From an uncultured bacterium (GTDB lineage Bacteria; Patescibacteriota; Patescibacteriia; SG8-24; DYFX01), in contig CALCDZ010000003.1 of assembly GCA_937900255.1 (NCBI GenBank), positions 191,149 to 255,148 on the forward strand: 64,000 nt of DNA, given 5' to 3'. Each line of letters starts with the position of its first letter. The stretch's first letter is position 1. The position numbers and the translations under genes are program-made. Under the pieces are notes generated by a model. It saw only the letters and a list, made by a program, of their open reading frames with translations, made no database searches and was not told where the DNA came from. Shown here piece after piece: positions 20,675 through 30,615 of the stretch.

Positions 20675-21892
20675 ATGTTCGCGCTCATCCTTTCCTCCGT
20701 CGTCGTCCTGGCGCTGGCCGCCTTCGCCTCGGGTTCCGAGGCCGCCTTGTTTTCCGTCCCGTATCCCAAGGTGAAAGCCATGGTGGCGGCAAGGAAGCCG
20801 GGGTCCAGGGCGTTGCTGAAGATCAAGGACAACATGACGTATCCGATCGGCACGATCGTGATCGTCAACAACATCGCCACCATCGTCGGATCGTCCGTCG
20901 AGGGCGTCGTGGCCCATCATGTGTTCGGTTCGGTCGGTCTCAGCGTCTTCGTGGCGTGCTTCACGTTCTCCGTGATCGTCTTCGCCGAGATCGTCCCGAA
21001 GACGCTCGGTGAATCCTATGCCGCTTCCCTGGCGCCGATCGTCGCGCCGCCGGTGCTGTTCCTGACGGGCGTGTTCCGCCCGCTGCTCTGGCTGATCGAC
21101 CGTGCCCTCGACCGCCTGCGCCCCGTCCACGACCTCAAGGGCGTTTCGGAAGATGAGATCAAGATCATGGCGCAGATGGGACGTCTCTCCGGAAGCGTGG
21201 AGGCCGATGAATCGCAGATGATCCGCAGGGTCTTCAAGCTGAACGACATCACCGCCGATGACATGATGACGCTCGTTTCGTCCGTGGAATGGATTCCCGG
21301 GGATGTCCCGCTCGGCGAACAGCGCGCACGGGTCCTCGACCTGCGCCATTCCCGCGTGCCGGTCATGGGGGATGCTCCGGACCGGGTCCTGGGCGTGGCA
21401 TTGACGCGGGATCTCATCTCCGCCGTCGCCCGGGATGAGTTCCAGGCGACGCCCAACGATTTCGTGCAGGAGGCCCTGTGCGTCCGCAACGACGTCGCCG
21501 CCGACGACCTGCTCCCGCTGTTCCAAGGGCGGGAACAGCACTTGGCCGTCGTGGAGGACCCGGACGGGCGCATGGTCGGCGTGGTCACGCTCGAAGACGT
21601 GCTTGAAGAATTGGTCGGAGAGATCGCGGACGAGAAGGACATCCGTCCGGAGACCATCAAGCGCCTTTCCAAGAGCGAGATCCTGGTCGACGAAGGCACC
21701 GATATCGCCAGGATCAACCATTTCTTCAACGTCGCCATCCCCGCCGAAGGCGCGATCGGCGATTATGTCCTCGAGAAATTCGGGCGCAAGCCGAAGCCGG
21801 GGGAGGCCGTCGAAGAGAACGGGCTCTCGTTCACGGTCTCGACCATGTCGCGCACCCGCCCCAAGCTCCTCGTCATCCGCAAGTCCGGTTGA
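20675..21892 (+). CDS. CNNM/CBS domain protein (CorB/TlyC-like)
   Basis: SGSEAALFS, FAEIVPK, HSRVPV, GVVTLEDVLEELVGEI. Confidence 0.88.
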   Translation: MFALILSSVVVLALAAFASGSEAALFSVPYPKVKAMVAARKPGSRALLKIKDNMTYPIGTIVIVNNIATIVGSSVEGVVAHHVFGSVGLSVFVACFTFSVIVFAEIVPKTLGESYAASLAPIVAPPVLFLTGVFRPLLWLIDRALDRLRPVHDLKGVSEDEIKIMAQMGRLSGSVEADESQMIRRVFKLNDITADDMMTLVSSVEWIPGDVPLGEQRARVLDLRHSRVPVMGDAPDRVLGVALTRDLISAVARDEFQATPNDFVQEALCVRNDVAADDLLPLFQGREQHLAVVEDPDGRMVGVVTLEDVLEELVGEIADEKDIRPETIKRLSKSEILVDEGTDIARINHFFNVAIPAEGAIGDYVLEKFGRKPKPGEAVEENGLSFTVSTMSRTRPKLLVIRKSG

Positions 21893-21956
21893 TTCCGGGA
21901 ACGTCGGCGTCTTTCGCTTGCCCCGTTCGCCGTTCGGCGGGTACACTGCCGGAGTC

Positions 21957-24020
21957 ATGAAGACCTATCTCCTCAAGAAGGCCGGAGGCGTCCCGGATTT
22001 TTCGATCGATTATGACGCGGAACTCAACGCCGAGCAGCTGGCAGTCGTGAAGGACGGCGACGGCCCGTGCTTGGTGCTCGCCGGCGCCGGTTCGGGCAAG
22101 ACCCGGACGATCGTCTATCGCGTCGCCCGGCTTCTTGAAAAAGGGATCCCTCCGGACTCGATCCTGCTCCTTACGTTCACAAATAAGGCCGCCCGCGAGA
22201 TGCTCGAACGCGTCTCGTCGCTCATCGGCGCCGAACCCGGACGCCTGTGGGGCGGGACGTTCCACCACGTCTGCCACCGTATCCTGCGCGAGCGAGGCGC
22301 GCGCGTCGGTCTGCGCGAAGGCTTCACCATCTTCGACTCCGAAGACGCCAAGGACCTGATGAAGGTCTGCGTGCGGGAGTCGGGGGTGGACGTCAAGGCG
22401 AAGCGGTTTCCGAGCCCGGCCGTGCTGCTGTCGCTCGCGTCCTATGCGGTCAACGCCGGACTGCCCCTGCCCGAGACGATCGAACTCAAGCACCCGGGTT
22501 TCCGCGATCACTTGTCGGTCATCGAAGACATCATCCTCCGCTATCATGCCAAGAAACGTGCCTCGAATGCCGTCGACTTCGACGACCTCCTCTTCCTGAC
22601 GGCTCGGCTCCTGCGGGAGGACGGACCTTCCCGCGCGCACTACGCGGAACAATTCCGTTACGTCCTGGTCGACGAGTATCAGGATACCAACCGCCTGCAG
22701 GCCGAAATCGTCCGGCAGCTGTATTCGCTTCACGGGAACGTGCTGGTGGTGGGGGACGACGCGCAGTCGATCTACTCCTTCCGCGGGGCGGACATCCGCA
22801 ACATCCTCGATTTCCCTCGGATCTTCCCGGGCGCCAAGACGTTCCGCCTGGAAATCAACTACCGTTCGACGCCGGAGATCCTGGACCTCGCCAACGACGT
22901 CATCTCCAGGAACGCCGAGCAATTCCCGAAGGCCCTGAAGAGCATGAAGCCCTCCTTCGCCAAGCCTTCCTTGGTGAACGCGGCATCGGCGGCGCAGGAA
23001 GCCGAATTCATCGCCCAGCGCGTCATGGAGCTGCACGAGGAGGGCTTGGCGTTCGGGGAGATGGCTGCGCTCTTCCGTGCCACCTTCCATTCGCAGGCGC
23101 TCGAGTTCGAGCTCATGAAGCGCGGCATCCCGTACGAGTATCGCGGCGGCATGAAGTTCTTCGACCGCGCGCATGTCAAGGACGCTCTCAGCTTCCTCAA
23201 GATCGTCGTCAACAAGGATGACGAGGTCGCTTGGATGCGGGCGCTGTCCCTCCAGGTCGGCATCGGCCCGGCGACCGCGGCGCGGCTGTACGAGCGCGTC
23301 CGGAGCGTCTCGGACGAGGACGAGATCGGCAGCGGCCTGGCCGCCGGCCTTTCGGCGCGGGTCGCGAACGGCTGGAAAGGCTTCCTGAACGTCTATGGCG
23401 CCCTGCTCGACGCGCGACCTTCGCCCTCGGCCATGCTCAAGGCCGTCGCCGATTCCGATTATCGGACCTATCTCGAGAACGAATATCCGGACTATCGGGA
23501 CCGGCTTGAGGATATCGAACAACTGGCCGGTTTCGCCGAACGCTACCCCGACGCCGCCTCGTTCCTGGCCGACGCGGTCCTCGACGACGCCGTCACGGGC
23601 GGCAAGAAGGCCAAGCCTTTCCAGGCCGAGGACGATTCCGAAGGCCGTATGGTGCTCTCGACCATCCACCAAGCCAAAGGACTCGAATGGGACGCCGTCT
23701 TCGTCATTCACTTGACGCAAGGCGCGTTCCCCAACAAACGGGCGTTGCTTGACGCGGGAGGCCTGGAGGAGGAGCGCCGCCTGTTCTACGTGGCGGTCAC
23801 CCGCGCCCGCCGCGACCTGTGCCTGTCCTATCCGATGTCGGTCGGCTATGACGCGTTTTCCTTTGAACCGAAATCCGAATTCCTGGAAGAACTGTCTTCG
23901 GATCTGGTCGAACAGGTACGGATCGAGGAGTCCTACGAGGACCTCCCGACCATCCGCTACGACGCGAACGGCGATCCCATAAAAGAGAAAGGATTGCTGA
24001 GGGACATCGACGAGTATTAA
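21957..24020 (+). CDS. UvrD/PcrA family ATP-dependent DNA helicase
   Basis: LAGAGSGKT, LTFTNKAA, VDEYQD, GDDAQSIY, NYRS, TIHQAKGLE, RRLFYVAVTRA. Confidence 0.95.
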   Translation: MKTYLLKKAGGVPDFSIDYDAELNAEQLAVVKDGDGPCLVLAGAGSGKTRTIVYRVARLLEKGIPPDSILLLTFTNKAAREMLERVSSLIGAEPGRLWGGTFHHVCHRILRERGARVGLREGFTIFDSEDAKDLMKVCVRESGVDVKAKRFPSPAVLLSLASYAVNAGLPLPETIELKHPGFRDHLSVIEDIILRYHAKKRASNAVDFDDLLFLTARLLREDGPSRAHYAEQFRYVLVDEYQDTNRLQAEIVRQLYSLHGNVLVVGDDAQSIYSFRGADIRNILDFPRIFPGAKTFRLEINYRSTPEILDLANDVISRNAEQFPKALKSMKPSFAKPSLVNAASAAQEAEFIAQRVMELHEEGLAFGEMAALFRATFHSQALEFELMKRGIPYEYRGGMKFFDRAHVKDALSFLKIVVNKDDEVAWMRALSLQVGIGPATAARLYERVRSVSDEDEIGSGLAAGLSARVANGWKGFLNVYGALLDARPSPSAMLKAVADSDYRTYLENEYPDYRDRLEDIEQLAGFAERYPDAASFLADAVLDDAVTGGKKAKPFQAEDDSEGRMVLSTIHQAKGLEWDAVFVIHLTQGAFPNKRALLDAGGLEEERRLFYVAVTRARRDLCLSYPMSVGYDAFSFEPKSEFLEELSSDLVEQVRIEESYEDLPTIRYDANGDPIKEKGLLRDIDEY

Positions 24021-24034
24021 AAGAGACCGCGCCT

Positions 24035-25135
24035 TCAGGTCGCGGTCTTTTCTGGCGTGCGGCGTCGGATCGGCCTGGTGCCGAGATAGCCGATGATGCG
24101 TTCGTTGAACTGGGCGTTCAAGAACCCGATCAAGAGTTCTGCAGTGTGCGGATACGGGACGTGCGGATCGGCCAGCGCGTACCGGGCCCCGCCGGAACCG
24201 TACTTCGACCCGCCGTTACCGGCCCCGAAAATCGCCTCGATGAGTCCCGTCAGGTCGTCTTGTCGGCTGGAAGTGCGGACCGATGCCCTCACTTCCCGCC
24301 CCGCCACGCCCCAGACGATGACGGTCTTGGCGCCGTTCACCTTGCGCAGGCTGTCGGCGAAGATGGAGAGATAGTCGCCCTCATCTTCGAGCAGGAGATC
24401 CTTGACGTGCGCGATCCGGACCTCGTCACAGACGATGATGGCCGACTGCAACACCTGTTCATAGAGGCTGAGGTATCGTTCCGGAAGCCTGTAGTCGAAG
24501 CAGTCGTGGATCAACTGCTGGGATGCCAGCCCCATGGCTTCGAGGAACGCCTCCCGGTCGATCTGCTGCGTGATCGGGTGGGTCAGCCGGTCGGTGTCCG
24601 AAAGGATGCCGATGGCCGTGAGCTGCGAAAGCCGTTCGTCGGCCTTCCCTCCCAGGGCGTGCAGGAGCTTCCAGCCGATCGATGCGGCCGCGCCGCAGGT
24701 GCGTATGATCGGCAGGAAGTCTGGAGTCTCCGCGCCTCGCTCCAGGTGGTGATCGATGACTAACCCGAAGCGCTCCGGCGCGAGTCGTATCTTCTGCCCG
24801 TTGCCGTCTCGGAAGCGGGAGTCGTCGAAGCGCGAGGAATCGGCGAGCGCGATCACCGTATCGGGCGGAAGTTCCCGCATCGGTCTCATGTACTTGATCA
24901 GCTCGAACTCGTTCAGGAGCATCTTGTTCTGCGGATGGCCGAAACCACCCGAATAGAAGATGTCCGCTTGCGCGCCCAAATGGGCGAGGATCGCTTGGAT
25001 CGTGAAGGCGGCAGCGATGCCGTCCGGGTCGATCTGTGCGATCAGGATCGACCAGCGCCCGCCGCGCCTTTTGATGAGCTTCCTCAGTTTCTGCGCGAAA
25101 AGACGTCCGAAATCGAGCTTTCCTCCGTGGGGCAC
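24035..25135 (-). CDS. DHH/DHHA1 family phosphoesterase (NrnA-like)
   Basis: DPDG, IDHH, GILSDT, ASVRT, GGS..GSGG; start placed at GTG 25135 after AAGGAGG. Confidence 0.85.
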   Translation of the reverse strand: MPHGGKLDFGRLFAQKLRKLIKRRGGRWSILIAQIDPDGIAAAFTIQAILAHLGAQADIFYSGGFGHPQNKMLLNEFELIKYMRPMRELPPDTVIALADSSRFDDSRFRDGNGQKIRLAPERFGLVIDHHLERGAETPDFLPIIRTCGAAASIGWKLLHALGGKADERLSQLTAIGILSDTDRLTHPITQQIDREAFLEAMGLASQQLIHDCFDYRLPERYLSLYEQVLQSAIIVCDEVRIAHVKDLLLEDEGDYLSIFADSLRKVNGAKTVIVWGVAGREVRASVRTSSRQDDLTGLIEAIFGAGNGGSKYGSGGARYALADPHVPYPHTAELLIGFLNAQFNERIIGYLGTRPIRRRTPEKTAT

Positions 25136-25240
25136 AAGTCCTCCTTGGTCGTGGTTCCCGATGAAAAGACCGAAGTCCATACCATACGCCCTTTACGGCA
25201 TCCGTCAACCTGCTAGTCTGTCGGTGGAGGAAATCCCACT

Positions 25241-25786
25241 ATGGCCAAAAAGAAGCGACGGGTACCGCGGCCGCCGCGGCAGGAATTCGAACGCAAGTTC
25301 CTGGCGATCGTGCCTGAACTGCCGCAGCCGCTGCCCGAACCCGTCCATCTTCTTCAGGGCTACCTTCACGAAGGCGAGCCGTACGACCGCATCCGCATCA
25401 GGGACGGGCGCGAGGCGGTGCTCGAGTACAAGGCGTCCGGCAATTATGAATCGAACAAGATGCCGATGGACCTGGCCGATGCGCTCTATCTCCTTCGGTG
25501 TCATCGCGTCGGCGCATGCGTCGAAAAGCTCCGCAGGGAAATCCCCGCGCCGTACAAGGGCTTGATCTTCGAGCTCGACGAATGCCTTGGGGCGAATCGC
25601 GGTCTTTGGATCATCGAGCTCGAGCACCCTTCCGACTTCCGTCTCGATCGCGGCCGCCTCCCGTCTTTCGTCGGCAAGGACGTCACGGGCGACCCTCGCT
25701 TCAAGATGCGGAACCTCGCCAAGCGGCCGTTCAAAAAATGGCCGAGAGCTGAACGGGAGAAGGTCCTCGCCCAAATGGGTCTCTGA
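25241..25786 (+). CDS. CYTH domain protein
   Basis: EFERKFL (ExExK), QGYL, RIR, VEKLR, FELD, IELE, DVTGDPRF.N. Confidence 0.85.
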   Translation: MAKKKRRVPRPPRQEFERKFLAIVPELPQPLPEPVHLLQGYLHEGEPYDRIRIRDGREAVLEYKASGNYESNKMPMDLADALYLLRCHRVGACVEKLRREIPAPYKGLIFELDECLGANRGLWIIELEHPSDFRLDRGRLPSFVGKDVTGDPRFKMRNLAKRPFKKWPRAEREKVLAQMGL

Positions 25787-25799
25787 CCCATTTTTTTTG
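25773..25799 (+). terminator. intrinsic terminator
   Basis: aaatgggtc-tct-gacccattt plus T-run. Confidence 0.7.
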
Positions 25800-25815
25800 T
25801 GCGTGAAGCGGGCCG

Positions 25816-26577
25816 TCAACGAGGGGTTCCGGTCGCGGGCGCCTGGTCGGCGGGGCCGAAACCTTTTGAACCCGGCAGCGATACGCCGATATCGAGGCCG
25901 AGATCGGCCTTGAGGACGTCCGAGAGGCGCGCATGCGGCAGCATCCAGAGAGCGCCGACGCTCCGCGCGTCGAGGAAGAAGGATCCGAATACATGGCTTT
26001 CGGCCGCTTGCGGGTCCGGCACGATATCGGCGGCCCAGACAGCGCCGATTTTTCTCAGTGCCGGGGCGAGCGGCAGGCGCGCGAGGAGCGCCAGGCTCCT
26101 GCTGACCGGGAGATCCTCGTGGAACGAAAGGACCGCTCGGCGCCGTTCGACCACGGTCGCGATCGTCGTGCCGTCGGCCATCGGAATTTCGGCGGCAGGG
26201 GAGAACTCGAGGATGAGCCGTTCCCACGTCCTGTTGGGCACGAGGACGCTCAGCGTTTTTTCGACCGCATCCGGGCGCAACATCACCTTCTGCGCGCCTT
26301 CGAAAACGGATGCTTCCCGCCCGTTGCCGTCGACGAGCGCCGCCTTCACCAGCGTCACTTCGGCGCCTGTCGCGCCGGACGGCAGCGCCACGGGGGCCGT
26401 AAGATAGAGGTTCAAGGCTCCATGCCGCTCCTCGGTCTTCGCAGGGGGCGGTACCGTCGGTACCGGGGTCGGGGCGGCGGGCTTGAAGCGGGGTGCCACG
26501 ATCAGGAACCAGATGAGGACGAGGCCGACGGCGAAGATCGCGGCCGAAATCAGCAGCGAGAGGGTCGAGCGTTTCAT
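25816..26577 (-). CDS. membrane-anchored hypothetical protein
   Basis: N-terminal TM, Pro-rich linker, beta-rich ectodomain; TATACT 6 nt upstream of ATG. Confidence 0.7.
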   Translation of the reverse strand: MKRSTLSLLISAAIFAVGLVLIWFLIVAPRFKPAAPTPVPTVPPPAKTEERHGALNLYLTAPVALPSGATGAEVTLVKAALVDGNGREASVFEGAQKVMLRPDAVEKTLSVLVPNRTWERLILEFSPAAEIPMADGTTIATVVERRRAVLSFHEDLPVSRSLALLARLPLAPALRKIGAVWAADIVPDPQAAESHVFGSFFLDARSVGALWMLPHARLSDVLKADLGLDIGVSLPGSKGFGPADQAPATGTPR

Positions 26578-26657
26578 GTCGCCAGTATACACGGACTTGG
26601 GGAAAACGTCGTTGACACCGTGCGGCGCGAGGTCTAAGGTTGCTCGGCATTCTCCCC

Positions 26658-27698
26658 ATGAAAACCGCCGAATCCGTCACCGAAGGCCATCCCGACAAAG
26701 TCTGCGACCAGATCGCGGACGCCCTTTTGGACGAATATCTCAAGCGCGACCCGCAGAGCCGGGTGGCGCTGGAAGTCTTCGGATCGCACGGCATGCTCAT
26801 GATCGGGGGCGAAGTCACGTCGCAGGGCGACGTCGACATCGAGGCGGTCGCCAAGCACGTCTATGCGAAGATCGGCTACGATGACGACCTTGAGGCGTTC
26901 GTCAATATCGAGCTGCAATCCGGCGACATCGCCCGCGGCGTCGATGCGGGAGGGGCGGGGGATCAAGGCGTCGTCTACGGGTACGCCACCGCCGAGACCC
27001 CGAACTTCATGCCGGCCCCGGTCGTCATGGCGCACGCGCTCAGTTCCAGGCTGGCGGACCTCCGGCGGCATGATCCGGCTTTCGCTTGGCTGCGGCCGGA
27101 TGGCAAGACCCAGGTCACCATGGATCGCGGGCGGGTCCTGACGGTCGTCGTCTCTGCGCAGCACGCCCCGGAGGTCGACCAGGATCAGATTCGCTCGATG
27201 CTTTCGGAACAGGCCGTCGGACCGATCGTCGGCGGACTCGATGATGTCGAACTGCATGTCAATCCGACCGGGCGTTTCGTGAGCGGCGGTTTCACGGCCG
27301 ATACGGGGCTGACCGGGCGCAAGCTGATGGTCGATACCTACGGCGGGATGATCCCGCACGGCGGAGGCGCGTTCTCCGGCAAGGACGCCACCAAGATCGG
27401 GAGATCGGCGGCCTACATGGCGCGCTTCGCCGCGAAGAATCTCGTCGCGTCAGGGTACGCCAAGAAATGCATGGTCTCGGCGGCGTATGCCATCGGGAAG
27501 GCCGATCCGGTGATGCTGACGGCCAGATCCGAAGACGGACGTGACCTCTCGCCGCTTCTGCGGAAGTATTTCGACTTCCGGCCGCAGGCGATCATCGAGC
27601 GCCTCGGCTTGCGCCGGCCGATCTTCCGGGAGACGGCGGCCTACGGGCATTTCGGCCGGGATCTTTTCCCTTGGGAACAGGCGGTGGAACTGAAGTAA
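26658..27698 (+). CDS. metK: S-adenosylmethionine synthetase
   Basis: ESVTEGHPDK, GAGDQG, RPDGKTQV, DTGLTGRK, GGGAFSGKD, YGHFG. Confidence 0.96.
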   Translation: MKTAESVTEGHPDKVCDQIADALLDEYLKRDPQSRVALEVFGSHGMLMIGGEVTSQGDVDIEAVAKHVYAKIGYDDDLEAFVNIELQSGDIARGVDAGGAGDQGVVYGYATAETPNFMPAPVVMAHALSSRLADLRRHDPAFAWLRPDGKTQVTMDRGRVLTVVVSAQHAPEVDQDQIRSMLSEQAVGPIVGGLDDVELHVNPTGRFVSGGFTADTGLTGRKLMVDTYGGMIPHGGGAFSGKDATKIGRSAAYMARFAAKNLVASGYAKKCMVSAAYAIGKADPVMLTARSEDGRDLSPLLRKYFDFRPQAIIERLGLRRPIFRETAAYGHFGRDLFPWEQAVELK

Positions 27699-27752
27699 GC
27701 GACGGCCTTGTGCTACACTGGAGGCATCGCTAATTCATGCAGCATCCGGCGT

Positions 27753-28571
27753 ATGCGCCGCCCGCGAACTCTTCACGTCGTCATCCTTCTCCTTGCCCTT
27801 GCGGGTGCGGCATTCGCGTTCCGCGGCGTCATTCGTGACGAGATAGCATCCCGCACGAAGCCCGCATTGCCGATCGCTGAGCCGTATCATCCGTCACCGG
27901 TCGAAACGGCGACGGCGAGCGCGGTCGCTCCGACGCCCGGCAAGCCCGCGGCGGCGAAGGGACCTGACGTCAAACCGTCCGTCAAGACGCCGAGCGCTCC
28001 GTCCGAGGGCGTCAATTTGGCCGTCCCGTTCACGTCGCAGGCGCCGCATGCCGACTGGGCGATGCCTTACCAGGAAGCGTGCGAGGAGGCTTCGCTCGTG
28101 ATGGTCGATGCGTATTACCGCGGCGCCGGGAAATTCTCGCCGGACGAGGCCGACCGCAGGATCTTGGAGACGGTCGCGTGGGAGAAGGAGCACCTCGGTT
28201 TTTACGAGGACACCAACGCCGAAGAGGTCGCCGGGATCGGTCGGGAGTATTTCGGGTATGGAAAGACGCGCGCCGTCGAGATCCGTTCGATGGACGACGT
28301 GAAGAAGGAACTCGATCGCGGGGTGCCGGTGCTGCTCCCGGCCGCCGGTCGGCTGCTGCGGAACCCTTACTTCAGCGGGCAAGGGCCTCTCTACCACATG
28401 TTGGTGGTCAAGGGATATACGAGAGACGGGAAGATCATCACGGACGATCCCGGCACGCGGCACGGTGCCGACTACCTCTACGATCCCTCCGTGCTCTGGA
28501 ACGCCGTGCATGACTGGAACGGAGGAGACGTCGAGCACGGCCGCAAGGTCATGGTCCTGGTCGAAAAATGA
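27753..28571 (+). CDS. C39-like peptidase family protein
   Basis: Signal/TM; VPFTSQAP, QEACEEAS (Cys), YHMLVVKGY (His), DDPG (Asp). Confidence 0.8.
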   Translation: MRRPRTLHVVILLLALAGAAFAFRGVIRDEIASRTKPALPIAEPYHPSPVETATASAVAPTPGKPAAAKGPDVKPSVKTPSAPSEGVNLAVPFTSQAPHADWAMPYQEACEEASLVMVDAYYRGAGKFSPDEADRRILETVAWEKEHLGFYEDTNAEEVAGIGREYFGYGKTRAVEIRSMDDVKKELDRGVPVLLPAAGRLLRNPYFSGQGPLYHMLVVKGYTRDGKIITDDPGTRHGADYLYDPSVLWNAVHDWNGGDVEHGRKVMVLVEK

Positions 28572-28590
28572 TACGTTCCAAACGATACCT

Positions 28591-28815
28591 ATGGAATTCC
28601 TGACGTTCGACATCGAAGAGATCTATCAGCTCGTGAAGGAGCGGGCTTTGGCGGAGGGCGCCTTCACTCCGGAAGCCTGGTCCGACGTCATCGACCTGGT
28701 CATCCAGGAGCGGGAGGAGTCGGCCGAAGTCCATGACGACGAGGAGCTCTCGGCCGTCAAGGAGGATCTCAAGACCCGTTTTCCGGAGTTCGAGCAGGAG
28801 ATTCCGGAAGCGTGA
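28591..28815 (+). CDS. small acidic hypothetical protein
   Basis: 74-aa ORF with GC3-rich codons, followed by a terminator. Confidence 0.65.
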   Translation: MEFLTFDIEEIYQLVKERALAEGAFTPEAWSDVIDLVIQEREESAEVHDDEELSAVKEDLKTRFPEFEQEIPEA

Positions 28816-28823
28816 CCGGACGG

Positions 28824-28853
28824 AAAAAGAGCCCACGTGGTGGGCTCTTTTTT
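28824..28853. terminator. bidirectional terminator
   Basis: aaaaagagccca-cgtgg-tgggctctttttt. Confidence 0.8.
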
Positions 28854-28928
28854 GGTGGGTCGGCCGGGAATCGAACCCGGGACCATCAGCTTAAAAGGCT
28901 GTTGCTCTACCGGCTGAGCTACCGACCC
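28853..28928 (-). tRNA. tRNA-Lys(UUU)
   Basis: Cloverleaf gggtcggtagctcagccggtagagc..cttttaa..ggttcgattccc..acca; encoded CCA. Confidence 0.96.
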
Positions 28929-29001
28929 TCGGAGGCGTTGCAGGCCGAAGCGTATCAGAAAATGGGCGTCCTGGCAAGGCTTCGTGCTATACTGCGGGCA
29001 T

Positions 29002-29463
29002 ATGGACTTCGTTCTCCCCTCGGAATTTCCGGCCGCTTTGATCGGTGCCGGTTCGGTCGTGCTCGTCGCCGGCGCCGTCGTCTGGACGGTCGCCCGCAGT
29101 TCGCACGGACCGTCGCGCGGGGAGTTGTTGGCGCTCGGCCTCCTTGCGGCGTCCGGTCTTTGGTCATGGAGCGCGCGCTCGGCCCTCGCCGAACGGCTTT
29201 TTTCGGACAGGAGCGGCATCGTCGAGGAAGCCTCCGCCCTGCGGTTGTCAGGGTACGCCGACTGCGCGGCCTACGTCGCCGGGACCGGCAAAGGGCACGA
29301 TGACGGCGCGGTCTGCACGATCGACGTGGTGAGCAGCCGCGGACGCTACGTTTCGGCGCGCCGCCCGCCTGCGGCGCAGGAGTCCCCGTGCGATGTCCTG
29401 GCCGTTCCCGAACTGCGCAAATGGACGTTCATCGACGGCTCCGTCCATGATTGGTGCGGATGA
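29002..29463 (+). CDS. hypothetical membrane protein
   Basis: Two TMs, Cys-containing C-terminus; TGcTATACT 8 nt upstream of ATG. Confidence 0.65.
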   Translation: MDFVLPSEFPAALIGAGSVVLVAGAVVWTVARSSHGPSRGELLALGLLAASGLWSWSARSALAERLFSDRSGIVEEASALRLSGYADCAAYVAGTGKGHDDGAVCTIDVVSSRGRYVSARRPPAAQESPCDVLAVPELRKWTFIDGSVHDWCG

Positions 29464-29472
29464 AGGCCGTCC

Positions 29473-30510
29473 CTACGGCTCGAACTTCACGGTCCCGCCG
29501 CGGTTCGCTCCGATGACGGAGTACCAGACCTGACCGTCGGCGAAGGGGATCTGCCGGCCGTCCTGGTCGAACACGCGCGTCCGATCGGACGGGCTTTTCT
29601 TTTTCCAACCGCCGACGACCGCCGTTCCGTCGCGGAAGACGGTCGCGTTCCCGCTGCCGACCGTCGCCACTCCGATCAGTCCCTTCGCGTGGGGGTCGTC
29701 GATCGGGATGACGTTTTCTTCCAGCACGACGAGCGTGCGAGGGGAGATGACGGTGCCGTCGCGGTCGCGCGCCGGGCGTCCGTCCCTGAGAAGGTCGTAG
29801 CTGCGAGTCGATGCGTTCCATCGGAAGGAAGCTTCGGCCCCTCCGCGCATGTACGTGAGGCGGATGCTGCCGGCCGGCGTTCCGATGGCCGAAAGCGCGG
29901 CCCGACTCGAGACGTCCGCGGCCTCGGTTTCTGCCGACCAGCCGTTCGCCTTGATGAGGTCGCGCAGCCGTCCTGTCGAGGTGTAGGCGTTGTGCGGAGC
30001 CGAGCGCGTCCGATCACGCCAGAAGGCCTTGCCGTCCTTGAACTCGTCCACGTCGTCGAGCCCGAACTTCCCGATCTTCAGGTCCTTCAACGCTTCGTCG
30101 CTGCCTCCGACGTGGGCGTAGACCGCGTCGGACTCGCTCGCCCAGACCTGGAAGTACGGGCGCGAGCTGCGGACGGGGCCGATCTCCTCCGCTTCCGCCC
30201 CGCGGAAGATCAGCATGTCGCGCGTCAGGCCGCCTTCGACCAACGCTTCCCAGACCGCGTCGGCCTTGGTGACGCCGGATTGCGGACGCGCATCCGGGTG
30301 ATTGTCGATCATGACGGCCAGCGGGCGGATGCGGGTCGGCGCGGCATCCGGTGCCGGTGGCGCGGCTTCGTTCCCGTTCAGGTTCCCGCGGCCGGAGGCG
30401 TCAAGAGGATTCCGGGCAAGCCGTATCCATCCGAAGTATGCCGCGGACATCAGCAGGATTCCCAAGAGCGCCATCAGCGCGGCCAGCTCGCGTTTCATGC
30501 GTGGTCTCAT
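29473..30510 (-). CDS. DUF3048 domain protein
   Basis: PLAVMIDN, ARPQSG, EALVEGGLTR, IGPVRSSR, HVGGS, APHNAY. Confidence 0.88.
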   Translation of the reverse strand: MRPRMKRELAALMALLGILLMSAAYFGWIRLARNPLDASGRGNLNGNEAAPPAPDAAPTRIRPLAVMIDNHPDARPQSGVTKADAVWEALVEGGLTRDMLIFRGAEAEEIGPVRSSRPYFQVWASESDAVYAHVGGSDEALKDLKIGKFGLDDVDEFKDGKAFWRDRTRSAPHNAYTSTGRLRDLIKANGWSAETEAADVSSRAALSAIGTPAGSIRLTYMRGGAEASFRWNASTRSYDLLRDGRPARDRDGTVISPRTLVVLEENVIPIDDPHAKGLIGVATVGSGNATVFRDGTAVVGGWKKKSPSDRTRVFDQDGRQIPFADGQVWYSVIGANRGGTVKFEP

Positions 30511-30615
30511 GTCTCTCATGATAGCGTCCGGATGCCGCGTTGACAAACCGCATTTTTGCGTCTTAAGTGTAGGCAGGTCATTCCCTTAACCCTTCACCGC
30601 GTAACGGAGGCACGG

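Noticed and set aside
25136-25180. ATG 25180 as the DHH start
   Set aside because: It abuts the predicted -10 box (TATGGT); AAGGAGG plus GTG at 25135 fits better.
27393-27404. MetK KIGRS instead of the usual KVDRS
   Set aside because: Single substitution with all other motifs intact; significance cannot be judged without an alignment.
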